Part shown: piece by piece, positions 40,888 to 51,179 of the stretch | How the letters are laid out: the number at the start of each line of letters is the position of its first letter | How positions within the stretch are numbered: position 1 is the stretch's first letter | Assembly: GCA_963665095.1 (NCBI GenBank) | Contig: OY762069.1 | Location: 3,776,001 to 3,840,000, forward strand | DNA length: 64,000 nucleotides | Direction: 5' to 3' | From: an uncultured Desulfobacter sp. | GTDB taxonomy: Bacteria > Desulfobacterota > Desulfobacteria > Desulfobacterales > Desulfobacteraceae | Program-made: the position numbers and the translations under genes | Notes under the pieces: generated by a model | Told to the model about the DNA's origin: nothing | Database searches by the model: none | Seen by the model: the letters and a program-made list of their open reading frames with translations, nothing else

Positions 40888-43173
40888 TTAATGGGTGCCT
40901 GCAATTGAAGGAAACCGGATGACAAATAAGGCCCCGTTGTGCCGGCCGCAGGTTACGGTGATGGTGCCGCCGTAATCCTTGATGATGCCGTAACCAATGG
41001 AAAGTCCTAATCCGGTACCTTTACCGGCTTCCTTGGTAGTAAAAAAGGGATCAAAAATTTTATCGGCAATGGTCGGGGGGATGCCTGTGCCTGTATCTTC
41101 GATTTCAATGATCACCCACTGGCCTGATACCCGGCTGGTCAGAAATATCTGTTTGGATGGCTGATCTTTATCTCCGTTTTGCTCAAACCGGTCTTCAATG
41201 GCGTCCCTGGCGTTGATCAGAAGGTTGATAAACACCTGCTCCAGGCGGTTTTCGTCTGCCAGGATCATGGGCAGGTTTTCATCCAGGTCCTGGACCACCT
41301 CAATCTGCCGCAGCTTAAGCTGCTCCCGGAATATGTCAAAGGCCTTGATAAGCGCCCGGTTCACATCGGCCTTCTCCCTGACGGCATCGGATTTCCTGCC
41401 GAATTCGCGCATATGGTTGATGATCTTGGAAGCCCGGTTCACCTGGCCGTCAATCTCCTCGGTCATGGTGACCATGATATCCGGGGCTATGGGTTCACCC
41501 GCCTTGACCTTGCGCAGAATATAGTTGCCTGCACTTTTGATCACAGACAGCGGCTGGTTCAGTTCATGGGCAACCCCTGTGGCCATCTCGCCTAACGTGG
41601 CCATTTTACTTGCCTGGATCAGTTGCTGTTCGGCAATGAGCTGTTCCGTGATATCTGTGGCATTCACCAGCAGCACCTTGTCATCCAGGTACGCTGATTT
41701 GGAGACATGGATGTCCACAAAAATAATCTCTTTACCCTTTCCGATCTGGCGGACCTTTGAAATGGACTGGCACTGCCGGATCTTTTCTATATGTATCTGG
41801 CTGTATTCCGGATCAAAAAAGGTTTCAAAGGGTTTGCCGATAAGTTCTCCCCGACTGTACCCGTAAATAATTTCCGCACTGGCATTGCAGTCATTGATAA
41901 CAAGAGTGTCCTCGTCAAGGACAAACAAAGGATTGGGGATATGGTCAAAAATCACCCGGTATTTTTCTTCGGATTTTCGCACCTCTTTTTCCAGGGAGCG
42001 AATCCGGGTGATGTCCATGGAGATCTCCATGACTGCTGTGACATTGCCTTCGGAATCGGTAATGGGTGCGGTGCGAAGCGCCCAGTAGGTGGCCTTTCCC
42101 GTGCGGGTCACTCCGCTTTGCTCGCTGTTGTGGGGCAGTCCGTCTTTAAATGTTGCCAAGACCGGACACGCCTCGCAGGGCTCGGCCCTGTTTTTATAGA
42201 CCTGGTAGCAAAGATCCCCGATCTCCGGGTGGAACCGGTCCCCGAATTCGCGGTTATACTGCAGCAGTTTAAAATCTTTATTCTGGACCGTAATCAGGCA
42301 GGGCACGGATTCAAAGAGCTGCTGGTATTCCTTGCGCTGCTCGTTGAGCACCCGCTGCTTGGTGTCAATCTCCTCGGCCATCTGGTTGATGGCCCGGGCC
42401 AGCTGCTGCATCTCCCCGTCTAACAGCCCCTCGATCCGGCCGTAGGTGCCGCTGCTGATCTGGCGGGTCCCCTGGATCACCTTCTGGATGGGATCATGGA
42501 CAAAGCGCAGAACAAACACGATGATGATGAAGGAACAGGTCAGAAACAGGCACATGGTAAAAAAAATAAGGCCCTTTTCGTAAAACGCGATCTGCTGGTC
42601 CGTTTTCTTCAGGGAAACCACCACATCCAGGGCTCCCAGCACAGTTTTGTCTTCCGGATGAAAATGGCAGGACTGGGAACAGCCCGGCTCATTGTAAATA
42701 GGGCTGATGATCCCCATCATCCGGTATCCCTGGTCCGACGGGATAATCCGCTTGCGCTGATCCAGTGCCAGGTGCTCCAGGGGAGGCTCCACCTTATGAC
42801 AGACAAAGCAGGCCTCGTCCTTTATATTGGTCACCACGCCCACCTCTTTGGGCACATTGGAAAAATGGATCTCCCCTTCTTTATTGAAAATACGAATATT
42901 TTCAATATCTTCCTGCCTGGCAATATTTTTAATGATATGGTTGATGTCCTCACGGGCGTTGAGCATCATGGCATAGTGGGCGCCTAAAAGAATGGTGTTG
43001 CTCAGGCGGCTGGCTTCATTGGAAATACCGTCCATGGCCTTTTTCTTTTCATAGGTGAGAATAAAATATGAAAAGAGCATGACCGTAATAAAGATAGGCA
43101 CGCCCACAGCCAGGATCAGCCGGTAGGCCAGGCTTTTTTTAAACTGCTTGAAGCGTTTTACAAATGATCCCAT
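40888..43173 (-). CDS. Membrane histidine kinase (periplasmic CxxCH sensor, HAMP, two PAS, HisKA, HATPase)
   Basis: AHELNQPL, DPFFTTK..GKGTGLGL; CFVCH and CSQSCH lie between two TM helices. Confidence 0.92.
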   Translation of the reverse strand: MGSFVKRFKQFKKSLAYRLILAVGVPIFITVMLFSYFILTYEKKKAMDGISNEASRLSNTILLGAHYAMMLNAREDINHIIKNIARQEDIENIRIFNKEGEIHFSNVPKEVGVVTNIKDEACFVCHKVEPPLEHLALDQRKRIIPSDQGYRMMGIISPIYNEPGCSQSCHFHPEDKTVLGALDVVVSLKKTDQQIAFYEKGLIFFTMCLFLTCSFIIIVFVLRFVHDPIQKVIQGTRQISSGTYGRIEGLLDGEMQQLARAINQMAEEIDTKQRVLNEQRKEYQQLFESVPCLITVQNKDFKLLQYNREFGDRFHPEIGDLCYQVYKNRAEPCEACPVLATFKDGLPHNSEQSGVTRTGKATYWALRTAPITDSEGNVTAVMEISMDITRIRSLEKEVRKSEEKYRVIFDHIPNPLFVLDEDTLVINDCNASAEIIYGYSRGELIGKPFETFFDPEYSQIHIEKIRQCQSISKVRQIGKGKEIIFVDIHVSKSAYLDDKVLLVNATDITEQLIAEQQLIQASKMATLGEMATGVAHELNQPLSVIKSAGNYILRKVKAGEPIAPDIMVTMTEEIDGQVNRASKIINHMREFGRKSDAVREKADVNRALIKAFDIFREQLKLRQIEVVQDLDENLPMILADENRLEQVFINLLINARDAIEDRFEQNGDKDQPSKQIFLTSRVSGQWVIIEIEDTGTGIPPTIADKIFDPFFTTKEAGKGTGLGLSIGYGIIKDYGGTITVTCGRHNGALFVIRFPSIAGTH

Positions 43174-43197
43174 TTCCTTAAACCCGATGCCATAACG

Positions 43198-44748
43198 TTA
43201 GGCCAGCTTGTTAAACTCAAGGGCCAAATGGGTGCCTTGACCTGAGGTTTCAACCACACGGATGTTGCCGCCATGGCTGCGCATGATACCGTACACGGTG
43301 GAAAGGCCCAACCCCACCCCGTACCCTTCATCCTTTGTGGTAAAAAAAGGCTCAAAAATATGGGGCAGATCCTTCGGGTCGATCCCCTTGCCCGAATCCT
43401 TTACATGGATGGTCACCTGTTTGCCTTCAGGGTTAAAATTTGCAGAAAGCCGGACCTCACCGTTATCTGTCACGGCATCCAGGGCATTGATGATCAGGTT
43501 GATCAGGCATTGCTGGATCTGGTTGGCATCGGCCAGGATATCGGGAATATCAGAATCAATTTCCACATGAAGCTTGGTATTCTGCATTTCAGCCTTATGC
43601 TGGCTTAGCTGAACGCACCGCTCCACCAGCGCTTTGACCTGTACTGCCCCATAGACAATGGCTGATTTTCTGGAAAAAGCCAGAAGGTTGGAGATAATGC
43701 CCGAACACCGACTGATTTCGCTGATGGATATATCCAGATAGTTGGCAAACTTTTCTTTCTTCGCAACCATCTCCCCTTTTTCCACCTGCCTGGCCATAAG
43801 CCGCAGATAGTTGAGAATACCAGACAAAGGGTTGTTGATTTCATGGACTACGCTGGCGGCAAGCTTGCCTAAAGACATCATCTTATCCTGGTGCAACGTC
43901 TTTTCCTGGTCGGCCATCTCCCGCTCCATGCGCCGCAGCTCCCGCAGATCCCGCACCCATACCAGAAGGCCGTCGTCTTCCCCTGCATCAGACATGACAC
44001 TGGCAGACATGAGAACCGGTATGGCGGCGGATGCGACAGACTGCATCACAGCCTCCATCATGTTGATCCGGTCTTTTCCGCCAAACTGGTCACTTTTCAA
44101 GGCTAAGACAATCCGTTCCTCTTCGCCGTCCGGCAGCAGATCCTTTAATCTTTTTTTGCCCACCACCTGGCCGGCGGTCATCCCGAGCATGTTCAGGGCG
44201 CTGGGGTTGATAATCCGGACGTACTCATCCATGCCGAATGCGATGATCCCGTTGATGGAGCGGTTGATGATCTGCTCCTGAAAGGAATACTTTTTCATCA
44301 GGGCCTGGGTTGCAGACGACCAGCCGGTCTCAAGCTGAAGGGTATATTCCCGAAGCTGCCTGGCGGAAGTATACCGGTTTTTGGCCCGGTCAAGGGCCAG
44401 CACCAGGGCCTGGTCATTCACAGGTTTTGTGATAAAGTCGGAAGCATCCAGCTGCAGCGCCCGGATGGTGGTCTCAATATCGCCAAACGCGGTCATGACG
44501 ATCACTTCAATCTCAGGCAGATCCCGCCGGATGGTTTCCAGCACGGCAAGGCCATCCATGCCCGGCATCTTGACATCGGTGATCACAATATGAGGGGAGA
44601 AGGTTTTGCACGCGGCAAGGCCTGCCTCCCCGTTTTCGGCCGTCTCCACCTGGTATCCGAAATCTTCCAGAACTATCCGGGTGACCTTCCGGATACCAGC
44701 TTCATCATCAATCAGGACAATTTTCCACTCAGATTCATCAGGCGCCAT
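43198..44748 (-). CDS. REC-PAS histidine kinase
   Basis: IDDE...TDVKMPG...KP; VHEINNPL; EPFFTTK. Confidence 0.92.
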   Translation of the reverse strand: MAPDESEWKIVLIDDEAGIRKVTRIVLEDFGYQVETAENGEAGLAACKTFSPHIVITDVKMPGMDGLAVLETIRRDLPEIEVIVMTAFGDIETTIRALQLDASDFITKPVNDQALVLALDRAKNRYTSARQLREYTLQLETGWSSATQALMKKYSFQEQIINRSINGIIAFGMDEYVRIINPSALNMLGMTAGQVVGKKRLKDLLPDGEEERIVLALKSDQFGGKDRINMMEAVMQSVASAAIPVLMSASVMSDAGEDDGLLVWVRDLRELRRMEREMADQEKTLHQDKMMSLGKLAASVVHEINNPLSGILNYLRLMARQVEKGEMVAKKEKFANYLDISISEISRCSGIISNLLAFSRKSAIVYGAVQVKALVERCVQLSQHKAEMQNTKLHVEIDSDIPDILADANQIQQCLINLIINALDAVTDNGEVRLSANFNPEGKQVTIHVKDSGKGIDPKDLPHIFEPFFTTKDEGYGVGLGLSTVYGIMRSHGGNIRVVETSGQGTHLALEFNKLA

Positions 44749-44786
44749 CTCACATCCTCTCTAAACTATGTCCATCCAGGCGGAAG

Positions 44787-46100
44787 CTAAACAACGCATT
44801 TGGGAACAAAATCCCGGTTGATGCTCAATACCGGACATGCAGACCCGCCAGCCACCTTGATGACCGTGGAACCCAGCACGGCTTTTTCCGGATCTTTCTC
44901 CTTTGAATGGTGGGCCATGATGATCAGGTCTGCACGGGTCTTTCTGGCAAATTTCAAAATCTCCACGTGGGGCGCCCCTTCCCAGGACTCCATGGAATAA
45001 TCCACCACACCTGCCAGAAGGCCGGCAAACTGCTCCTTCATCCGGGCCATGGCCTCCTGGATATTGGCGTCAATTTCCGCAGGCGACGGATAGGCATCAT
45101 TTTCCGACAGCGGCAGGGCGTGGAAAATATGAAGACCTGCATTGTAAAATTTAGCGATCTCAAAGGCGAAATTAAAGGCGCACATGGCCTGTTCGCTGAA
45201 ATCCATGGCCAGGACAATATTGGAAAATGTCACCTTCAGCCGGCCCCGGGTCATCTCATAATCCTGGTGGATGCCCACCACCTTGGGAATCAGAAGCTCG
45301 GGATCAAAGGGCTTGACCAAATAATCCAGGGCACCTATTTTCATGGCGCTCAATGCCGTATCAATGGTGGCATAGGCTGTCATCATCACCACGGTGGTGT
45401 CAGGATATTTCTCTTTCACCTTCTTTAAAAGCGTCACCCCGTCCATCTCGGGCATCTTGATATCAGAAAGCACCAGGTGGTAAGGCTTTTTTCCCATCAT
45501 CTCCAGGGCCGCCGGACCGGATTCCGCCATATCCGCAGAAAAGCCCTCCTCCGCCAGCCACTCCCGAAGCGAATCCCGCAAAGAGAGTTCATCATCCACG
45601 ATAAGGATGGAAAAATTTTTGCGGTCCTCATCGGACAGTTCCACATCATCCTTGGGGAAAATCCGGGGTATATCAGGGGGCACGATCATGACCGGACACC
45701 TGGCCTTTAAGCTCACCTTTTGAAGGGTGCTGCCGGTCATCCCCCACATCCGGGGCTGGTTGCGGTCAATCCTGTGGGGACCCATTACAATGAGATCCAC
45801 ATTTTTCTTCCTGGCAAACCGCAGGATCTCATCATGGGGAATCCCGGGCACCACCTGGATTTCGTAATTTTCAACCTTTGACAGCTGGGGCTCAAAATAG
45901 GCTTCCAGCTCTTTTTTCACCTCATCCACCCGGCCGGACGGCAAAAGATACCGGATGGCGCTCCACCCCTCCTCGGGCAGGCCGTAGGCATTGAAAATAA
46001 ACAACTTTGACCGGCTGGGTCTTGCCAGGGCAAAAGATAAACTGGATGCGCCTTTGCTTTCATCTGCGGGTGTGGTCGCCAACATAATTTTACTGAACAT
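44787..46100 (-). CDS. USP-REC-USP fusion protein
   Basis: Two USP domains (DLIVMG..GST; DLIIMA..LGST..CPVL) flank an intact receiver domain. Confidence 0.9.
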   Translation of the reverse strand: MFSKIMLATTPADESKGASSLSFALARPSRSKLFIFNAYGLPEEGWSAIRYLLPSGRVDEVKKELEAYFEPQLSKVENYEIQVVPGIPHDEILRFARKKNVDLIVMGPHRIDRNQPRMWGMTGSTLQKVSLKARCPVMIVPPDIPRIFPKDDVELSDEDRKNFSILIVDDELSLRDSLREWLAEEGFSADMAESGPAALEMMGKKPYHLVLSDIKMPEMDGVTLLKKVKEKYPDTTVVMMTAYATIDTALSAMKIGALDYLVKPFDPELLIPKVVGIHQDYEMTRGRLKVTFSNIVLAMDFSEQAMCAFNFAFEIAKFYNAGLHIFHALPLSENDAYPSPAEIDANIQEAMARMKEQFAGLLAGVVDYSMESWEGAPHVEILKFARKTRADLIIMAHHSKEKDPEKAVLGSTVIKVAGGSACPVLSINRDFVPKCVV

Positions 46101-46144
46101 AGATCTCCTCCTTTTGCAAAGGACCTCCTGGAGCCGCTGACGGT

Positions 46145-47044
46145 TCAGGTAGGTGCATTAATTAATTTTTCCGACTTCTCCCTGAATTCACGGGTAATGC
46201 TTAAATTCAGCGCTGTTCCTGTCTGTGCCTGCGGCAGCCCTAAGGCCATGCCCAGAAACTGGGGCAGGTACAAAATCGTAATATCAAAATGCTGGTTTAA
46301 AGCCTGTCCGGTTTTTGCCTGGAACCCCTCAAGGTTCATCTGGCACATGGGGCAAACCGTTAAAATCACATCCGCATCCTTTGCCCGGCTTAAAATTTTT
46401 CCTGTCAGCTGCATGCCCACCGAGGGGCTGGTGGTCATGTGGGAGGCCCCGCAACAGGCAGGCCCCATATCCCATTGAAAAACTTCTGCGCCCACCGCCC
46501 GGATCAAAGGCTCCATGGAGACCGGCTTCTGCGGGTCATCAAACACAGCATAGGGGCGCAGACACTGGCAGCCGTAGTAAGGTGCCGCAACAATACCGGA
46601 TAGCGGGTACTTTACCTTATCGGCAATACGCTGAGCCGGGAAATCTTTGAACAGCACATCCAGTTCATGCCGGACCAAAAGCTGGTTGTGAAACTCAAGC
46701 CCCTCCTCTTTCAGGATCGCGTTGATCTTATCTTTCAGTTCAGGTTCGGTTTTAGCCCTCTCACTGACGGTCTTTAAATTCAGATAACAGGCTGAACATG
46801 GTACCAGGATATCCAGGGCGGTATTTTGCTCTATGCACATCTGTTCGGCCAGGGCAAGGTTCCGGGCTGCAAGGGTGAGAGCAAGAAGATCGGAAACATG
46901 GTGGGCAGCAGAAGCCCCGCAGCAGGTCCAGTCCCGGATCTCCACAAGGTCCGCCCCAAGCAGTTTCATCAGGGCAGCCGTGGATTGATGGTACTCCTTT
47001 GCCGTACCTTCCAGGGAGCATCCGGGATAGTATAAGTATTTCAT
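46145..47044 (-). CDS. hdrB: Heterodisulfide reductase subunit B-like
   Basis: YYPGCSL, WTCCG, YYGC, CCG, CPMCQMNL (CCG domains). Confidence 0.93.
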   Translation of the reverse strand: MKYLYYPGCSLEGTAKEYHQSTAALMKLLGADLVEIRDWTCCGASAAHHVSDLLALTLAARNLALAEQMCIEQNTALDILVPCSACYLNLKTVSERAKTEPELKDKINAILKEEGLEFHNQLLVRHELDVLFKDFPAQRIADKVKYPLSGIVAAPYYGCQCLRPYAVFDDPQKPVSMEPLIRAVGAEVFQWDMGPACCGASHMTTSPSVGMQLTGKILSRAKDADVILTVCPMCQMNLEGFQAKTGQALNQHFDITILYLPQFLGMALGLPQAQTGTALNLSITREFREKSEKLINAPT

Positions 47045-47583
47045 ATCTGCTGCTCCATTTCATCAACTTTATTAAACAGGTAAGCTAATTTTTGCGACCC
47101 GGCTGAGGCCCCGGCAAGTCCTGCCATGGAAATCTTCTTTTTTGACAGCAGCTTAAGCCCAAGCCCGGCAAATCCCAGCGGCAGGAGCGGATTTTTCATT
47201 TTCATAAAATAGGCGCTCATCAGCTCGGTTTCATTCACCCGGCCATGGGCTTTCACCGATGTCAGAAACGCATGATAAAAGGCATGGCTCTGCTTGAACC
47301 GGTCCGGGTGACACTTTGCCGACAGCTGGGCAAGGGCCGACATGGCCTGGGTAAGCGGCAGCCCCCTGGGACAGCGCAGGGTGCAGTAGTAACAGGAGGA
47401 ACATAAAACAAAGGTTTTTGAACTCAGCACCTCTTCGGTCTGGCCGGCCAGAACCATCCGCCACAACTTGCGCGGCACATGTTCCATGGCAAAGGCATTG
47501 GGGCAGGACCCGGAACAGGTGCCGCACTGAATGCATGCCTGCACCATTTCCCTTACCTTGTCCAGCGTTTTATCGGCTTCCAT
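47041..47583 (-). CDS. hdrC: Heterodisulfide reductase subunit C-like
   Basis: CIQCGTCSGSCP and CSSCYYCTLRCP. Confidence 0.92.
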   Translation of the reverse strand: MEADKTLDKVREMVQACIQCGTCSGSCPNAFAMEHVPRKLWRMVLAGQTEEVLSSKTFVLCSSCYYCTLRCPRGLPLTQAMSALAQLSAKCHPDRFKQSHAFYHAFLTSVKAHGRVNETELMSAYFMKMKNPLLPLGFAGLGLKLLSKKKISMAGLAGASAGSQKLAYLFNKVDEMEQQI

Positions 47584-47634
47584 ACGCCCTCCTTTATCTT
47601 CACTGCCTTAAAGTTTAAATAATTCTGTCTAAAA

Positions 47635-47688
47635 ACCATGAAGCGCATGAAGGACATGAAGGAAAGCCCCCTTCATGATCTTCATGGT
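47635..47688. repeat. Short palindromic repeat (CATGAAG x3 / CTTCATG x2)
   Basis: Read directly in the hdrA-hdrC intergenic region. Confidence 0.7.
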
Positions 47689-47697
47689 AAAATAGTT

Positions 47698-50600
47698 TCA
47701 ATTTACACCCAAGACAGCTGCGTCAATCCGTGCCAGCATCTGTGTCCCTGAGTATCCCTGCAGCATGCTGGCTCCGTTGGGACAGGCAGCTGCACATGCC
47801 CCGCACCCCTGGCACATGACCGGACTTACATAAATCGCTTCATTTTCCCCATCCAGGGAGCGTGCCCCATAGGGACAGACAGCAATACAGCGCTGACACA
47901 AACTGCACAGGCTGTGCCGCACCACTGCGGTCACATGGGAAGCCTCCAGTGCAGGCGCGGACAGAAGCGCCACAGCCCTGCAGGCAGCCGCCTGGGCCGT
48001 GGCAATGCTCTTTTCCACCGACCTCGGGGAGTGCAGCAGCCCGCAGGCAAACACCCCTGCCATTTTTGCATCCACCGGCCGCCATTTGCTGTCCGCCTCT
48101 TTGAAAAATCCGAATTCATCCTTTTCAACACCCAGGGACAGAGCCGTCTCTTCCGGCCAGACAGGTGCCACCCCTGTGGCCAGGACCGCCAGGTCCGCCT
48201 CAATCTCTATGGGCAGGCCCAGGACCGGCTCAAGGGTTTTCACCACCACCGGCGCAGCCTCTGCATCTTCACCAATAACAATGTCAGGCAGCTCCCCGGG
48301 TTTGTACGAGATAAAAATAATATTTTCACTTCTGGCTTTGGTAAAATGACTTTCGGCAAACCCGCAGGTCATCATGTCCCGGTACAAAATATAAATATCC
48401 AGATCCGGATTTTTTTCCTTCAGCATCCTGGCCTGTTTCAGGGCAGTCGGGCAGCACACCCTGGAGCAGTAATTTTTTGTATCATCCCTGGAATCCACGC
48501 AGAGAATCATCACAACGGAGTTCAGCTCTGAAGCGAAATCCAAATCCTCCCGGCAGCGCATCTCAAGCGCCTTCTGGGTGACAATGCAGTCATGGTCTGC
48601 GGCATAGGAGTGAACAGGTGCCTCAACGCCGCCGGTGGCAAGGATCACGGCCCCGTGTTCCCGGGCCACGGCATGATTGTCCTTATCTTCAATCACCGTG
48701 GAAAAACAGCCTGCCCGGCCGGTGACATCCAGTACCTGGCTCTGGGTAAACAGATCCACCTTCGAGTGCTGGTTCACCCGGGCAGTCACCGAGTCCAGCA
48801 GCGGTTTAAAATCTTCTTTATCCAGGGTCTGGGTCAGCCATTGCAGATTGCCGCCCAGCCGGTCTGATTTTTCCACCAGGTCCACCTCAAAGCCCTGATC
48901 GGCAAGCCCTAAGGCTGCCGTCATCCCGGCGATACCGCCCCCGATCACCAGGGCCCGCCGGGTAATCTCTTCTGAGACCGGCTGGCAGGGATCTGTATAT
49001 TTGAGCATGGCACACCCCTGGTACAGCTCCGGCAGGATGGCGGCACCGGACCCAAGGCCGGTTGCCCGCTCCGGGTGCCAGAACCCTTTGGCAATATCCA
49101 CGGCATGAAAGGAAAACAACGGCAGATCCATCTGCCTTGCCAGGTCTTTGACCTTGTTTAAAAACAGATAGGGATGACAGGCCCCGATCAGCACCCGGTT
49201 GGGTTGGGCCGCTGTCAGGGCGGCTGCGGCTTTTTCAAACCCCTGGGCAGTGCAGAGCCGGTCCGCCACGATCACCTGGGACACAACCGGATCATCCAGC
49301 AGCGCCTGTTTCAGCAACTCAGGCGCCATCACCTGATCCAGCCGCCGCCCGCAGGAACAGACCACGGCGCAGACCGAAACCTGCTCCCGGCCAATGTCCC
49401 TGGGGGTCCATGCCTGTTCCGGGTCCACAGGCTTTTTTCCGGCAGCCGCACTGAGGGCAGCCGCATTGAGCCCGGCGGCCGAGGCATGGATCACGGATTC
49501 GGCAATATCCTTAAGCCCGGTCACGGACCCTGCAGCCAGGACCCCTTCCCGGGATGTGTTCACCGGCGCAAAGGGCAGGGCCTTTGTAAACCCGGGGCCG
49601 TTAACCTCAATGCCGCACAGGTCAGCCATGCGCGCGGCCCGCCGGCCGGGGCGCTGGCCCGTGGAGAGCACCACCATGTCAAACTGTTCCCCAACCATCA
49701 TTCCATCCGGCCCCAGATAGGCCAGATCAAGGTTGCCGCTGGTGTTATCCATAGTGACTGAATGGATTCTGCACCGGATAAACCGGACATGTTTTTCATT
49801 TTCCGCATCCCGGCAATACTGGTAAAACGATTTACCAAAGGCCCGCATATCCATATAAAAGATGGCAGTCTCAATATTGTGGTCCGAGGCCAGCATGGCC
49901 TGCTTGACGGCGATCATGCAGCAGATGGCGGAACAGAAATCCGCGTTGGACTGGACATCCCTGGAGCCGATGCACTGCAGCCAGGCAATCCGCTTCACGG
50001 GCCGGCTGTTGTCCCGGCGCAGAATTTTTCCGGCAAAGGGACCGGTGCCGCTGACCAGGCGTTCAAATTCAAGATGGGTGAGCACATTGGGATAAACGCC
50101 GTAGCCAAAAAGGTTGCGCTCATCCGCCGGGTCAAAAAAGGTGGTGCCAAAACTTAACACCACAGAATCAGTGGCAAGCTCCATGTCCTTTGCCGCCTGC
50201 AGATCTTCGAAAATTTCCACCACCATGGGCATAAGGGTTTCAGGATCAAAGGGCTTGAGCAGGTAATCACGGGCCCCGTTTTTAAGGGCGGTCACCGCTG
50301 TCTCCACGGTGGCATAGGCGGTCATCATCACCACGACCAGGTCCGGGAACGCCTCCTTTGCCTGTTCAAGCAGCTGTGTGCCCTGCATCCCCGGCATCTT
50401 GATGTCCGTTAGCATCAGGTGGCAGGGATTTTTTTCCAGCATATCCAGGGCTTCCTTGCCAGAGGCCGCCATGTCCACGGAAAAGCCCTCCTCTTCCAGC
50501 CACTCTTTCAGGGAGTCGCGGATGCTCAGTTCATCATCCACCACCAGGATTCTGAACCCTTTTCGGTCCGGCCGGGACAACTGCACCGCATCAACCGGAC

Positions 50601-51123
50601 AAATTTTCTCACACTCTCCGCAACGGGTACAGGCAGCCGGATCTATCACAAAAGCATTGGGTATGGCATGGGGCACAGGAAGATAGATGGCCTTTCTGTT
50701 ACAAAGCCCCTCATTGAACTCATCCTTGATATCCACGGGGCAGACCTGCTCGCAGAGCCCGCAGCCCACACAACGATCCGGGTCCACCCAGGTGGCCTTT
50801 TCCCGCAGCCGGGCCGTAAAATCTCCCGGCTCCCCGGAAAGGCCCGTAAGTTCGCATCCCAGCTTCAGGGTGATATTTTCATGGAACAGGCCCTTTCTTA
50901 AGCAATGCTGTCCCCCTTTATCCCGGCTGGACAGCGGCAGCATCCGGCACATGCCGCAATGGTTGGAAGGAAACTGGGCATCAAGCTTTGACAGGATGCC
51001 CCCAATGGCAGGTGCCCGGTCAATCAGCGTGACCTTATACCCCTGCCCGGCCAGATCCAGGGCCGTTCTGATCCCGCTGATGCCGGCACCCACAACCAAC
51101 GTATTTGTATATTTTTCTTCCAT
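47698..51123 (-). CDS. hdrA: Tandem HdrA-like flavoprotein with an inserted receiver domain
   Basis: Two GxGxxG FAD modules, CIGSRD..CSAICC, CVDSRD..CSRVCC, ferredoxin motifs; REC at ~50200-50560. Confidence 0.9.
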   Translation of the reverse strand: MEEKYTNTLVVGAGISGIRTALDLAGQGYKVTLIDRAPAIGGILSKLDAQFPSNHCGMCRMLPLSSRDKGGQHCLRKGLFHENITLKLGCELTGLSGEPGDFTARLREKATWVDPDRCVGCGLCEQVCPVDIKDEFNEGLCNRKAIYLPVPHAIPNAFVIDPAACTRCGECEKICPVDAVQLSRPDRKGFRILVVDDELSIRDSLKEWLEEEGFSVDMAASGKEALDMLEKNPCHLMLTDIKMPGMQGTQLLEQAKEAFPDLVVVMMTAYATVETAVTALKNGARDYLLKPFDPETLMPMVVEIFEDLQAAKDMELATDSVVLSFGTTFFDPADERNLFGYGVYPNVLTHLEFERLVSGTGPFAGKILRRDNSRPVKRIAWLQCIGSRDVQSNADFCSAICCMIAVKQAMLASDHNIETAIFYMDMRAFGKSFYQYCRDAENEKHVRFIRCRIHSVTMDNTSGNLDLAYLGPDGMMVGEQFDMVVLSTGQRPGRRAARMADLCGIEVNGPGFTKALPFAPVNTSREGVLAAGSVTGLKDIAESVIHASAAGLNAAALSAAAGKKPVDPEQAWTPRDIGREQVSVCAVVCSCGRRLDQVMAPELLKQALLDDPVVSQVIVADRLCTAQGFEKAAAALTAAQPNRVLIGACHPYLFLNKVKDLARQMDLPLFSFHAVDIAKGFWHPERATGLGSGAAILPELYQGCAMLKYTDPCQPVSEEITRRALVIGGGIAGMTAALGLADQGFEVDLVEKSDRLGGNLQWLTQTLDKEDFKPLLDSVTARVNQHSKVDLFTQSQVLDVTGRAGCFSTVIEDKDNHAVAREHGAVILATGGVEAPVHSYAADHDCIVTQKALEMRCREDLDFASELNSVVMILCVDSRDDTKNYCSRVCCPTALKQARMLKEKNPDLDIYILYRDMMTCGFAESHFTKARSENIIFISYKPGELPDIVIGEDAEAAPVVVKTLEPVLGLPIEIEADLAVLATGVAPVWPEETALSLGVEKDEFGFFKEADSKWRPVDAKMAGVFACGLLHSPRSVEKSIATAQAAACRAVALLSAPALEASHVTAVVRHSLCSLCQRCIAVCPYGARSLDGENEAIYVSPVMCQGCGACAAACPNGASMLQGYSGTQMLARIDAAVLGVN

Positions 51124-51179
51124 TTAACACCTTTTTAATTCACAGGAATCAGAATAATCATTTTAACCACCCAGGCTTC

